A stretch of DNA of 64,000 nt from Mytilus edulis (GCF_963676685.1 NC_092352.1:80786001-80850000); one strand, 5' to 3'. Positions 12,552-26,084 are shown, numbered from the stretch's first letter. Made by a program: numbers and translations. The notes: generated by a model not told the origin, from the sequence alone.

Positions 12552-14468
12552 TAAAGTCAAACAAAAACATTAATAATTTTAAACTGAAAATTTCAAACAG
12601 GCAAATTATTTGGTGTTTAATAAAGAAAAACTAATTCTTTTTGGCAAAATTTTAATTTCAAGTCAATTTTTAACAAGTAGCTTTCTTGATTAGAATTTTA
12701 TTGAAACAAAATCACTTATGGAATGGAAATGAATAACACATGATTTTTTGTCATTTGTCAATCAAAACAAGTCTATTATTAAAACATGCGTTACACTTTG
12801 TTTTCCCAATGAACTTGAGCAAAAGTAAATATGAAACAAAATTTAAGTGGGGAATGTTTGATTATTAACATTACTAATTAATGTCTAGAGTAAATGTTTA
12901 TTAATAACTGCAGTCTTAAAATTAGGCAAGAATAATTTATTTATTATATATCATACATTTAAAGCACATAACCATGCTTAAATGCTTGTGTACATGGCTA
13001 ACATGCCCTCACTTATAAACTACATTTGTACATATGAATATACTAACATAAATTTTGTACATGTTAACCATTGAATGTCTTAATAGCTGTAAAATTTATA
13101 TTCCATTATTTAATTCAATCATTATCTACATAAAACATTTCATTTTCACACATTCATATTTATTAATAATATGCAAACTTTATATTGTCGAATGTTATGT
13201 TTGGAAGCATAATAAATATTTAGCTACCTCAAGACAGTTGAAATTGATTTTCTATAAATAACATTTTCAATGTATGTTTAATTTTTTACAGTCCAAACAG
13301 ACCGTATATTTCCTATTAATCCCAAATATGATACTCATTTGATGAAGAAATATCTGTTCTTGCATATATATTTACCAGAGAATCATTTGTTAATTATCTC
13401 CCTTTAATAGGTTGTGTTTGAGCCAACTCCCTGAAGAACATCGTGTGTTGGAGCATTATAATTTTCAGTGCTCAACATAATCCCTGACCAGAGGCTTTAG
13501 TGGGTCCATCATTAAATATTTAGGATCAGTATAAGTCCAATATATCAACCTTTCACCTTTGTCTTTGGGTTTTTAAACTTCTATGATTGGTAAAATCACA
13601 AAATATTTTTGAGAGATCATCACAGAGAAAAAAGTTTGGGTTTCATTGATATTTAATCATATAAGAATTACATTTTTTTTTAAATCAAGTAATGTACAAA
13701 TAAATTTAATACAGTGCACTTAAAAACTTATGTTTTCAATTATATTGATTGTTGCAAGTGAAGAAGGACCAAAGAGTACAACAACCTCCTCTTTGAAGAA
13801 AAAAAAAAGGGAGATTATAACTTTTATATGTAGCATATTTAAAGGATGATAACTGACCAATGTATCTCACAATGAAACACAAAAATTAGATTAGAAACCA
13901 CTGTCAAATACACCAGCCTTTTAAAAACAAATTCACATCAGATTTTTTCCATCATAAAAAAAGTCAACTTTTTATCTGAACACTTGATCATTACCACATG
14001 TATCATAACATTATAGAGCTTTTGCTGAAGACTTAAGTTTGATTACACAATGTTACAGCAATTTAGGTTTTAAGAAACTGAAAGGAAGTCATTTTAAATG
14101 CATTATGCATAATGTTTTGGAAGTACTCCAATGTGTAAACTGTACTTCCCCTTGCTCAAGCTGGGCAGGGAATCAAATGCTCTATACATGTATTAAAGAG
14201 GAGTTTGTTGCTTTACCAAAATATTTTATATTTTATATTGATCAAAATGTAGAACATACTTAATTTTATAGCCTGGCAGCTTGTTGAAAATTATTTTGCT
14301 TAGCAGAGTTATTTGACAAATGATTTTATATAGAATTTAAAAGAAATGCCAAATGAAATTTAATGGGTACTCACTATTTTATTACCGTTTCCACTGTCAA
14401 GGCTCAGTGAAAAATTAATTTTTATGGGTATTCATCATATTATACCCTTTAAACCAGAGCTTTTTTCT

Positions 14469-14741
14469 CAGAATTTGGGCAAGAACCGTACAGTCCTGTA
14501 ATATCTAAATTTGGACAAGAATCGTACAGTCCTGTAATATCTAAATTTGGACAAGAACCTTAGTTCTGTAATATCTAAATTTGGGCAATATCCCTCAGTC
14601 CTTCTGATATCTGAATTTGGGCAATATCCTCACAGTCCTTCTGATATCTGAATTTGGGCAATATCCTCACAGTCCTTCTGATATCTGAATTTGGGCAATA
14701 TCCTCACAGTCCTTCTGATATCTGAATTTGGGCAAGAACCT
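14469..14741. repeat. 36-37-bp minisatellite (TATCTGAATTTGGGCAATATCCTCACAGTCCTTCTGA), ~7 copies in two sub-variants
   Basis: Period 37 at 14608, 14645, 14682; diverged units upstream. Confidence 0.9.
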
Positions 14742-17700
14742 GTCAATAACAGCACCATTATGTACATTAATCTGCACAGGCTTTTTGCTGTACAATGCTT
14801 GTGTGAGTATTTATTTCTGAGGAATGACAATTTGATATGTTTGCAGTTTTATTCCATTGCATAATTATATAAAGTATTGTACTCTGTTGTTTGTTCGAAA
14901 TGTTTTGTGCTGGAATATCTATTGTAAATGTCTTATAGATTGATATAGTTGCTCAGTTTTAATAGAATTCCATATGTCATAGTACTAAGGACTCATTTAT
15001 AGTTCATAGTTTTCACCTCTTTTTTTTTTATAGTTTGACATATGTTGGATGTTATATATGTTAACTTTGCCTGTGACTGATTGAAATTTGGGACATGTTA
15101 ACATTCAAGGTATATCAGACTACGTAAATATATAAAAATCTTAAAACTATTACAAGAAACTTTGTGCATTTATGCAAATTGTTTAGACAAATGAAAGTTA
15201 TTACATAAATTTGCGTATTCTGCTGTCTTGTAGGAAATAGCAATCTACCATTTTACTAGTCAAATTGATCATTGAAATACATATTATAAAGTAAAAGTTA
15301 AAAATGTAGTTTCAAAACAAACCTGCTGTTGAATATTTGTTTTGTTTTGTAATTTTGAAGTGTTTGAAAAAAAGATTTTTCGTGTTTCAGAGAATCCTAT
15401 TTGAAATTTATAGTAAGCATGTTTGAATGTAAAAGTAGAGAAAGGGGGTGTTGTGATGCTGAATGACATTTTGCCCTCATTTTAAACTGAACTATAAATG
15501 AGTCCTCAGTGTTTTTAGCAAATAACATACCATAGTAGATACCAATTAGTAGAAATTATTAAAAATTTAACTTTAAGTTGTACAAAATCCTGTTTTATTT
15601 GTGAAATGTTTATTCAGTTTGTAAATAATGTACAATTTGTCTGTCAGATGATCTTTACATTATAAATATTTTATACCAACTTATATTAGATATTTGTTAT
15701 TATGTGTCAAACATTAGTCAGTTGTTCTCAGATCATTTCATAGATGTTGTATGTTTTAAAGATTTTTCATATTCTAGATGTAGGTGAAAACATTTTGTTA
15801 CTTGTTTCCGTTTGTAAATTATACATTGTATGTATTTTCATTAGCACATCAGTTCTACAGATTTTTTCAAATATTTCAAGGAGTTTAACCATTTGAGATT
15901 TCTTGGAATTTCTTTTGGAATTTATTAAGGAAAATCAGCTTTATAATCTAAAAATTTTGTAGCTACTACTATTTTCATAAATTTTTGTTTGAACTGTCAA
16001 AGTGATAATTTTCTGAATTAAGCTAAAAGAGGTTAAATCAGAGAATGCAATGACATCATAAGATAATGCCAATGTCATAATCTTAGAAATTAGCATGCAA
16101 CAGATTATCTATGACCTTCCATTTAATAAATTAGTAAACGGAATGGAGATAGTCATCAGCACAATAAAATGTATACAAGAATCAACCAAGGAGATATTTA
16201 AAATATTTTTCTGTCAAAGTTTCACAACCTTATAAACAGTTAACCTGTAATAAGGCAATTAAATATTATCAAGGGCTAGTTTTAACTTCTATTTTATATG
16301 TAACTAACTTTATTGACGTGTTAACCAATAGGTAAAGATCAATTTTTTTATATTTTTATTTTAAAAAATTGGCCAGAGGGTAAAATCAAAATGACAAGGT
16401 TTTTTTTTTACCATCATACAACATGTATATAGAAAAATATTGCACATTTAACCACTTTTTGTCAAACGTAAAGATGACGGTTGTCTGGCACATCCGACCC
16501 TAAGGAATTTTGATTTGTAAATTGCTGATTACTTAACCAATTGGTTGTTAGACGAATTACATAAAGGCAATAAATTTTATACAAAGATTTTGTATTTAGA
16601 TATTGTTAAAATTTAAGTAGCTAACTTTTGTATAATTGTTGTTAGATCCCTATTTGTATTGTACAGACTATCACAAATTATTTAAGAATAACATATTTTG
16701 AAATTTTGAAATGCAATTGTAAACACTGTTGTTCTGTGTGTCCCACTATTTCAGGAGAGGGTTTTCAGAAGATTTTATGTTCAAACAACAAAAAGGAATC
16801 AAAAATAATCTTTATCTTTTATTTAAGACATTGATATTTGTCTTCTTTTTTTTTTATTATTAAAAAAACAAACTTTTTGCAAATATCTTTTAGTATAATT
16901 TTTATGTTCCAAACATGTTTTAATGTTGGTTTTTTTGCAATCAAAGATATCAGATGCTGTCAGAACCAAAGTTACTGTTTCAAAATTTTCAAGATTAATG
17001 AAACTTAACTTATATAGAACTTCTTGATTTGAATGATTTCCACTAAGTACACTATCTGGATTGAGTTTGACCAGAATTGTTAAATTGAGTTGCACAAGAA
17101 TGTATTACACAATGCTTAAAACTGCATATTCAAATAAAAACAAGTTGCATTTGTAATAAAATTTATAGTTGATAACTTCTGAATTTTAATTCTCTATTCT
17201 TCTTTTTCTTTTCTTCTGCTGTCACATTTTATAAGGTTTTTATATTTAGTGTAGAAGTTAGAAATATTTTGTACAAAAAAATGTCTTGAATTTCCTTTCT
17301 TATTTTCTTATAAACTCAGGCCTGGATGCCTAATTGTAAATTATTATAATGTGAATAATTTATACAAATGAATTCTAATACTAATACTAAAACAGAGAAT
17401 CATTAACACAACAGAAATTGAAAACATGAATTGTAACTAAAATATACATTTAACAGTCTAAATTCATCATATTTTTTAGCTCTGGTTGTTTTCATGTAAA
17501 TGTATATTGAATTCACAACGTTAAATTATGTAAAATTCATTTTTTAGTCCTTTTTTTGTATGTAAATTTCACCCAATAAAATCATGTAAGTTTCATGTAT
17601 TATCCATCTTATAATATAGTGCTATCAGCAGACGATTGTAATTATATCAGAATAAAATTTTATCACATGTTTATTTGTGTTTGTTTTTTCCCTGACAGTG

Positions 17701-17745
17701 TCAATAAAACTCATCATATATACCAGGATTGAAATTTTATATTTA

Positions 17746-17790
17746 GGCCAGACGTGCGTTTCATCTACAAAAGACTCATCAGTGACGCTC
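17746..17790 (-). ncRNA. Minimal type I hammerhead ribozyme in a retrozyme-like repeat (~17706-18000, minus)
   Basis: Minus strand GAGCGTCA-CTGATGA-GTCTTTTGTAGAT-GAAA-CGCACGTC-TGGCC: intact core, 4-bp stem II, very short stem III, GUC triplet. Confidence 0.75.
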
Positions 17791-18622
17791 GAATCAAAAA
17801 ATGTTTAAAAGGTCAAATAAAGTATGAAGTTGAAGAGCATTCAGGATCAAAATTTCCTAAAAGTTTTGCCAAATACAGCTAAGGTAATCTATTCCTGAGG
17901 TAGAAACACCTTAGTATTTCAAAATTTCAAAGTTTTGTCAACAGTTAATTTATAATTATGAACCTATTGATAACTCAAGTCAACATAAAAGTGCTGACTA
18001 TATTTGTAGGGAGTTACATGTATGAAGCAATATATAAGCGATTCATCTGTGGTAGGTAGTATTGGTAGCTTCTTCTCAATTCCTCTGCCCATATGTTAAC
18101 TTAGATATGTATTGTAACTCCTATAGGTTATAATGGTTTCATTCATATAAAATATGGAAAAGAAGAGATGATAAATTCTAAACACAAACTTGAAAAAATA
18201 AAAACAAAAAACATACTCTCTTTGGGATCAGTAGGTTGTCTGTTGCAAGATATAATTGATTTGGAATGCAGTTCATTATTATTGTCAGAGACTATTGCTT
18301 GTTCAAGTGACAAATATTTCGGGTATAATAAAGACATAAACAAATTAACAATTTATACATCAGATAGGTTCTGCATGGTTGGTTGACCTAAATGAAAGAT
18401 GATAAATTTTGAGGTGAAATTGACATTGTGTTGTATATGGCAATAGACCCCTATTAACCCAAAAGAGAGTTGTTGCAAGGGTGATTGGCATTCAGACACT
18501 TTCTTTGCACAAGTATCAGATTTAAAGACCTAATACCCACATGACGTGACAACTTATCTAAGTTGTATTTGTCAAAACCGTTAGGAACTTTGGGTCCTCA
18601 AAGCTCTACAAATTCATACCTT

Positions 18623-20155
18623 TTTAGCTCACCTGGCCCGAAGGGCCAAGTGAGCTTTTCTCACCACTTGGCGTCCGTCGTCCGTCGTCGTCCGTCGTCG
18701 TCGTCGTTAACAATTTACATTTTGAACTTCTTCTAGAGAACCACTGAATGGAATGGAACCAAACATGGCATGAATGTTCCTTATGAGGTGCTGACCAAGT
18801 GTTGTTACTTTGTAGCCGATCCATCATCCAAGATGGCCGCCAGCGGGGGACTTAGTTTAACATAGGACCCTATGGGAAATGCATACAAATGACTTCTTTT
18901 AGAGAACCACTGAATGGAATGAAACCAAACATGGCATGAATGTTCCTTATGAGGTACTGACCAAGTGTTGTTACTTTGTTGCCGATCCATCATCCAAGCT
19001 GGCTGCTAGCCGGGGACTTAGTTTAACATAGGACCCTATGGGAAATGCATACAAATGACTTCTTTTAGAGAACCACTGAATGGAATAAAACCAAACATAG
19101 CATGAATGTTCCTTATGGGGTGCTGACCAAGTGTTGTTACTTTGTAGCCGATCCATCATCCAAGATGGCCGCCAGCAGGGGACTTAGTTTAACATAGGAC
19201 CCTATGGGAAATGCATACAAATGACTTCTTTTAGAGAACCACTGAATTGAATGAAACCAAACATGGCATGAATGTTCCTTATGAGGTGCTGACCAAGTGT
19301 TGTTACTTTGTTGCCGATCCATCATCCAAGATGGCCGCCAGCGGGGGACTTAGTTTAACATAGGACCCTATGGGAAATGCATACAAATGACTTCCTCTAG
19401 AGAACCACTGAATGGAATGAAACCAAACATGGCATGAATGTTCCTTATGAGGTGCTGACCAAGTGTTGTTACTTTGTTGCCGATCCATCATCCAAGATGG
19501 CCGCCAGCCGGGAACTTAGTTTAACATAGGACCCTATGGGAAATGCATACAAATGACTTCTTTTAGAGAACCACTGAATGGAATAAAACCAAACATAGCA
19601 TGAATGTTCCTTATGGGGTGCTGACCAAGTGTTGTTACTTTGTAGCCGATCCATCATCCAAGATGGCCGCCAGCGGGGGACTTAGTTTAACATAGGACCC
19701 TATGGGAAATGCATACAAATGACTTCTTCTAGAGAACCACTAAATGGAATGAAACCAAACATAGCATGAATGTTCCTTATGGAGTGCTGACCAAGTGTTG
19801 TTACTTTGTAGCCGATCCATCATCCAAGATGGCCGCCAGCGGGGGACTTAGTTTAACATAGGACCCTATGGGAAATGCATACAAATGACTTCTTCTAGAG
19901 AACCACTAAATGGAATGAAACCAAACATAGCATGAATGTTCCTTATGAGGTGCTGACCAAGTGTTGTTACTTTGTAGCCGATCCGCCATCCAAGATGGCC
20001 GCCAGTGGGGGACTTTTGAATGAAATTAAACATGTTCCTTTCCTTATCAATGAGGTTGTGTTGTCACTTTTAGCCAAATTTTATATTTTTTCATATGATT
20101 TCAAAAACCCAAGTAGAAGCAGGTGAGCGATACAGGCTCTTGAGAGCCTCTAGTT
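18623..20155 (+). mobile_element. Non-autonomous Helentron-like element carrying ~8 copies of a 166-bp satellite unit
   Basis: 5' GCTCACCTG subTIR with hairpin, (CGT/CCGT)n microsatellite, period 166, 3' CAGGTGAGC then hairpin AGGCTC-TTGA-GAGCCT, T-run insertion site inside a retrozyme-like repeat. Confidence 0.9.
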
Positions 20156-20713
20156 TTGGCTTTTTAACTTTTTAAATTCAAGTGTCATTAATGAGTCTTT
20201 TTAATTGACGAAAAGAGCGTCTTGCCTATAAAATTAAAATACTCTTTTGGTTTCTATAATGATTTATTTAATACTAGTAACATGTAATAGTTCAATTGCA
20301 TAACACGCTGATAAACATCCTGAAAGGCCAATTACAGACTACACTTTAGCAAGGCTTTAAATACTGAATGCCAATGTTATCAATTCTAACCAACCCTTGG
20401 CGTAAATGTCAAAACTGATCTGCAATACAAGATTACAAAAATACTATGACTATTTGCTCCTTGTTGAGAAGTCTTTGTGTCTTTGAGATTACGATTGCAA
20501 TAAAACTTGTTTCTTTTGATTTGTTTTGTAAAGGCCTCCAATGAAAATTTTTGACAAATTATAGCATTTCTTTGTAATATCTTGAAAACCCTTACTTATA
20601 AATTGACAAAAACTGTTACAATGAAAATGATTAGCAATTCAAGACCTACTATTCAAGAAACTTTTTACTGGAGTTATTTCCATTAAAAGAAATTTTACAG
20701 TACATTTGATTAA

Positions 20714-21432
20714 GAAATAATTCATGGCAGCCGTAGATTTGTTTTCATGTAACCATGGGTTGGGCATTTATATTCGATTACTTTACCCTGAGCTTTAACG
20801 GGGGCTAAAGTAAGAATATAAATGCCCAACCCATGGTTAAATGAAAACAAATCTACGGTTGGCATGAATTATTTCGATTTTAATAGGTCAAATTCGGTAA
20901 TTTTGTTAACCGTGAAAGCCCTATACATACGATACTGATTTGGCTTTTCCATTTTACCCAATTTTGATAATACTAGTAGCATCATATAATTCAATGATTT
21001 TCTTTTTAATTGCAATGTAATTTTATTCGTTCTGAGGCGTACAAGAATCTTTAAAACTCTCGGTATTTACATTTGATTTTTGTTTACGGAAACATACTTG
21101 TGACGTCACCTTTTTCGTTGCCATGCCAAAACAATAACATCATCTCTAAGGAATTTTCGTTTTATAAAATTTTACCATGAAAAATAAATTGAAATGGGCT
21201 GATTTGTTTATTTTGGCTGTAGAATAGAGATAAATATATGGTATCTGAATCTTGGCCTACGTAAACTGGGGGTTTTGATGTCGAAAATTGAGAATATCTT
21301 GCAGTACAAATAAGTAGGTCGTAGGCGGATTGCCGTTTTTGTGTTTTACTGCGTTTGCGCTAAAGGTAGATAGATATATTGCGATTATACTAGTTGACGA
21401 TAATAGGCCGTCATATTAGAATAGGAAATAAT
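20714..21432. mobile_element. Non-autonomous element with a ~162-bp terminal hairpin (20714-20875) and a distal inverted terminus
   Basis: GAAATAATTCATG...CATGAATTATTTC palindrome; ATTATTTCGATTTTAATA is imperfectly inverted at TATTAGAATAGGAAATAAT (21414-21432). Confidence 0.6.
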
Positions 21433-22050
21433 GCATCGGGTGCAAATCAATTCTTATAGTTAATGACAGACTTAAAATTTATATGCTGCGGAACAAGGTT
21501 CAGGAATTATTTTGTACAAAAGTGAAAATGAATAGGCCGGTGTATCAACAGATAAAATTGAATATTCAATCCGAATAAATCCTTCCCAGTAGAAAACGTT
21601 TTATCATATAATAATACTTCTTTGTTTGACAAGTCCTCAGTGCATGTCAAACATACTTGTGTCAGATTATAAACACGCACTTTATTATTATTTGCTACAT
21701 CATCTTGTTATTTATCTGATAACCAAATATTCGTGTGTTCACAACTGATAATAACAAACAAACAAGAAAGAAAAACTGATTTTTTTCTTGTTTGTTATTA
21801 TCAAGTGATATTGGCACTATCATTGAATAACTGCTGTCTCCTTCATTGATTAGAGTCAATCCGGGTAATATCTTCTTTATGTTCTTGAATATTCAACATA
21901 GTATGACAGAAATGTACTTGTGATTCCATTATGAAAAGGATTAATATACGATAACAACTTATTTCCGAATCCTATTGATAATTCAAATTTGATTGCATCT
22001 TCTTATCAATGTGTACCATTTCAATCCGGATGCATCATGTATGCATACGT

Positions 22051-22251
22051 GAGGGGGGATAGGACCTTTATCGGGACTCCGGGATCGGGTGTTTTTAAGC
22101 TCGGGATTTCGGGATTGACCCTTTCGGGATCCGGGAATTCTTTCTTTCGATTTTCGGGACCTCTGGATTTAGTGATTTTAAGCCCGGGATTGCGGGATCT
22201 AATGTTTTTTAGCTCGGGATTTCGGGATCAGAACCCCTCCTACCACCCCTC
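22051..22251. mobile_element. MITE with GAGGGG...CCCCTC ends, internal CGGGAT repeats, 6-bp TSD ATACGT
   Basis: ATACGT at 22045-22050 and 22252-22257 (an alternative reading is TGAG..CTCA ends with 4-bp TACG). Confidence 0.8.
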
Positions 22252-22280
22252 ATACGTTTAGGCTAGCTTTCTTTAATTAA

Positions 22281-22575
22281 CCCTCTTGCTGCCGGAGGGA
22301 CACATATGTCCAAACCGGCAGTGCCGGAGGGACACATATGTCCATGGATAAATTTATGCAAGCTTCTTATCAATGCTGTATCTCTTTCAATTAAAATACG
22401 GAAGAATAAACAGGGTTATGTTTTTCTCCAATTGGTCCCAAATGTAGTGGTCATTTTGTCGTGACGTCATATATCGAATGACGTTGTTGTTTGGCATGTT
22501 ACGTCACAGACGTTGAGCTGTCGTATTTTCCGGCATATGAAATGCAACCTTGAAAAACGGTCGGCAGCAAGAGGG
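22281..22575. mobile_element. piggyBac-like MITE
   Basis: TTAA|CCCTCTTGCTGCCG ... CGGCAGCAAGAGGG|TTAA; subterminal direct repeat TGCCGGAGGGACACATATGTCCA x2. Confidence 0.9.
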
Positions 22576-22768
22576 TTAAAGAATCTTTTCAACAGTAACT
22601 TTTTGTGAGGTCCGTACATATCATGTTGCAATATAATATAATGCCATTATCGAACATTTCAAGTGTCAGTACAGAGTTCATGTGTTGTATTCCGGTTGAT
22701 TTCATTGGTAAATCTACCAATTGCATATCTTTTTATTTGATATCTCCTTGAATGTGCCGGTCAAATAA

Positions 22769-22993
22769 GGGGGTCTCATTGGGGGGTTCCGATCCCGGAT
22801 CCCGCTTACTGTTTTGTCGGATTCCCGTATCCCGCTTGCACTATGTACGTAAGCAATTCTCATTTTTTGGTCATTTCCCGGATCCCGCAAGACCTCATTT
22901 CCCGTTTTCACGACACAATAATTTGACTTTCACGTGTCACGCTTACAAAAAATCGGCAATCCCGGGTCACGCTTAGACCCCAATGAGACCCAC
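22769..22993. mobile_element. MITE with GGGGGTCTCATTGGGG TIR, internal TCCCG repeats, 6-bp TSD AAATAA
   Basis: AAATAA at 22763-22768 and 22994-22999; right end CCCCAATGAGACCCAC. Confidence 0.85.
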
Positions 22994-23706
22994 AAATAAA
23001 TGCTATTATTATACCTTACGTATATTTCAAACAATTCTATTGGTTGAAACGTAATCACGTGACATGGAATAATTCAGTAATTTTCATTCAATTGCAAGGA
23101 AGGACGAATAACCCTAAAGAATTAGTTTGTTTATTTGTACTTGAATTACTTCCCATAAAAATGACGTCACAAACGTAAATAAACAAAATGGCAGCGTTCA
23201 CGTTACACTGAAAGCCCATCGAGAGACGAGGAAATACGGCATTGGACATAAATAGAGCTGAGAGTGGCAGCAGCCGATGATGTGTCTTATAAACGGTCCT
23301 TTTCAGGGCAATCAATATTTTACAAAAAGATTCTACTTTTGTAGTATATTCGAGAAAATCGAACACAAATGTATTTTCAAACGTCAGTCTGTGTGTAATG
23401 TTAAAAATATAGACTAGTAAGTGTTCGAAATGCACTTCCACTGTTAGTTCGGTATAATAAAACAAGTGTGGCCCCTTAGAATCAATGAATGCGCCCTCAA
23501 TGAAATAACCTTCTCGTTTTGACAATTTTGGATATTCACCTCTTCAACGGGCCATAATTGTATATATTCACGTGATTAAGTCTGTTATCTTTGATGAGGT
23601 TTTATCGTTATATAACTCCTTACATATCCAGATATTTATAATTCATGGGCTAATCATGTGTTAATGTTTAAGCATTTCTGCTTAATGTAAACAACAAGCG
23701 AACCAC

Positions 23707-23827
23707 TAGTCCAAATAATTATGACGTCTTGAAAGGCTATTATAATTTTTTTCTTTGACGCCTTACTTCGACGCGTCAAAGAAAAAAATTATAATAGCCT
23801 TTCAAGACGTCATAATTATTTGGACTA
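23707..23827. mobile_element. Fully palindromic MITE with TAGTCC ends and 9-bp TSD (AcademH- or MULE-like)
   Basis: ~54-bp near-perfect arms; GCGAACCAC duplicated at 23698-23706 and 23828-23836. Confidence 0.9.
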
Positions 23828-23870
23828 GCGAACCACATGCATTGATATTTTCAGATTATCGTTTCGGTTA

Positions 23871-24058
23871 CTGTAAACTCGCTTATTTTCGCGACCTTCG
23901 CGAGAAGAAAAATAACACTATTATAAATAGTCGCAAACAATTTAAAACGTGGATCTTTCCTTGTCTAACTCCATCAAGTAAATTTGAAAATCGAGAAATT
24001 AAAACGCCGCGAATTGGGATAGAAAAATTTAAACGCGAAATATAGTATCCGTTTACAG
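23871..24058. mobile_element. TA-TSD MITE (Tc1/mariner-like)
   Basis: TA|CTGTAAAC...GTTTACAG|TA with inner TTTCGCG/CGCGAAA inverted motifs. Confidence 0.7.
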
Positions 24059-24833
24059 TAATTATTAGGATATATAGAATAACGAATGTATGCCGGATTG
24101 ACAAATAGCTATCAACTGAAATTGTGAATACTAGAACTTTATCCAGGTATTTATTATCAGTTCAAACCAGAAAACGCCGAGTGATAAGAAAGAAAGAATA
24201 TTTTATCGCTCTTATATCTTCGCTGTCAGAATATGGACAGGAAAGTAAAGAGTAGCTTTACTATCGCACCAATCTGATTAAATCCAGATCAAATGTACTC
24301 ACTTACTTTTATGAGCAAACAAAATCAACGATCTATATAGGTCAACTAGATTGCAATCACCAATGATTATCATCATGCCAAGCAAGACGGTTAGGTTCAA
24401 GTACTGCAATTTGAAAATAATCTTGCTTATTAGTTTATAACTTATGTAATTAAAACTCCCACAGTTATAATACAAAAGTGGATAATTTGATATAGAATTT
24501 GAATTCAAGGCTTTAAATATAAACTGTAAATGCAATGTTGTGTAAATGAATTTTTTAATCATATATGACACCAATCCACTTCAAACTGGGTGAGGCAAAT
24601 TCAAATGGGAACAAAATTAATCGATTTCACCGATTCAATTCTTAAATAGTGTACAAGGTGCAATGTTTTGTATATTCATGTAAGTATTTCTACACTGCCA
24701 AGGTATACAATGTTCTTTTCGTATATGCCATAAAAAAGTAGTATTTATCTTAGTACTAGGAGCACAATTGATTCTGTTTGTACTGGGTGCACAATGTTTT
24801 CAGTAAGAGGTTCTATATAATAAACCAAACTTT

Positions 24834-24925
24834 TCAATAATAGCCTACATTATATCTATAGTTTGGACGAACAAAGCAGAAATAAGACTGATAAAAGTAT
24901 TCTGGATCGAACCAATAGTTATGTG
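24834..24925 (-). pseudogene. TMEM26-like relic copy B, C-terminal fragment
   Basis: Reads HNYWFDPEYFYQSYFCFVRPNYRYNVGYY-TGA versus PNYWSHPDYFYQSPFGFGRANYGYNGGYY-TGA in the intact gene; in-frame stop just upstream; 3' flank 24430-24815 resembles 34940-35290. Confidence 0.85.
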
Positions 24926-26084
24926 ACTTCTTTTTTTAATCTCTTTCGCCAGTCCGTCATCTTTTTGAAATACATCTAAAATTTTACATATCCTATTCCA
25001 AAATAACAACTAATGAAGGTTATTTTGTTTATTTTACACTGTTCAGCGTATAAATTTTGAAGGGTTAGATTTATATAAATTTGGTGAAACAAATGAAGCC
25101 CAATTATTGATTGTCTTAAATGACAGTTGCGTTTTGATGATATCCTTTTCGCGACATTTTTTGAAAGGGTCAACTTGATGTTATATAATATATTTATTTT
25201 AAAAGAATGTATTAACAAAAAAGGTACGATTTGATATTGAATTACGTGTAATTGGTTTAATATTTATTTCTAGGTTCAGAGTTATCATGATAGCAGCCAG
25301 TTAAAATCCTGTTTTCAAAACTATACATTCGTTTCACCCAGTTCTTTCTGTTAACCGCACATTTATCGAGTGTCATGTCTTATTATAACTTATTTTACTC
25401 AAAATTAACCACTTCATGTAAACTTATTAAATTTTTCAAAACACTGTATATTTTGAAATTAAAATTACTTCATGTACATTTTATATATACTATAGTATAT
25501 GAATAGCTCACCATGTCCTCCATGCAACATAAGTATAATATAGGTCAACGACAAAGTGTAACTATAGCGTGCAATTGCATTATACTTTAGTCACTTGTTC
25601 GGTAATGTTGACTGTTATCTGTTTATTATAACAGAAAGAATGATGTTATCCATATTGTTATTAATAAAAATCCATTTTATAGTGCATATATATATATAAA
25701 TCATCTCTAGATAGTTTGAATACACCGTCGTCGTGGTCCAACTTTAAGTCGTGTTGTTGTCATACAGAATATTACCAAATAAATTTGTTTATGTAAATCT
25801 GTTTTGATAATCTGTTAATTTGATTAAAGATGATTTAATTGAGGACATCAATTTGATTTGATATTAAAACTATTTGTTTTATATCTTATTTAGTTGTCAT
25901 TACAGCATTCGATATCGCGAATTGGACCAATGTTTATGATTATCAGATATCGTATTTTTATACCGTTGATACGACTTACTAATGAAGAATCTTAAAGAAA
26001 CCATGATCATAAACGGGTGTCATTCGTTATTAAAAAAATATCAGCCACAACATGAATTCATATCATAACTACTGATTCAACCGT

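Noticed and set aside
18624-20126. Series of 62-aa ORFs
   Set aside because: One per 166-bp satellite unit; no coding signature
23088-23525. 145-aa minus-strand ORF
   Set aside because: No recognisable domain or splice context; the region looks like a decayed repeat
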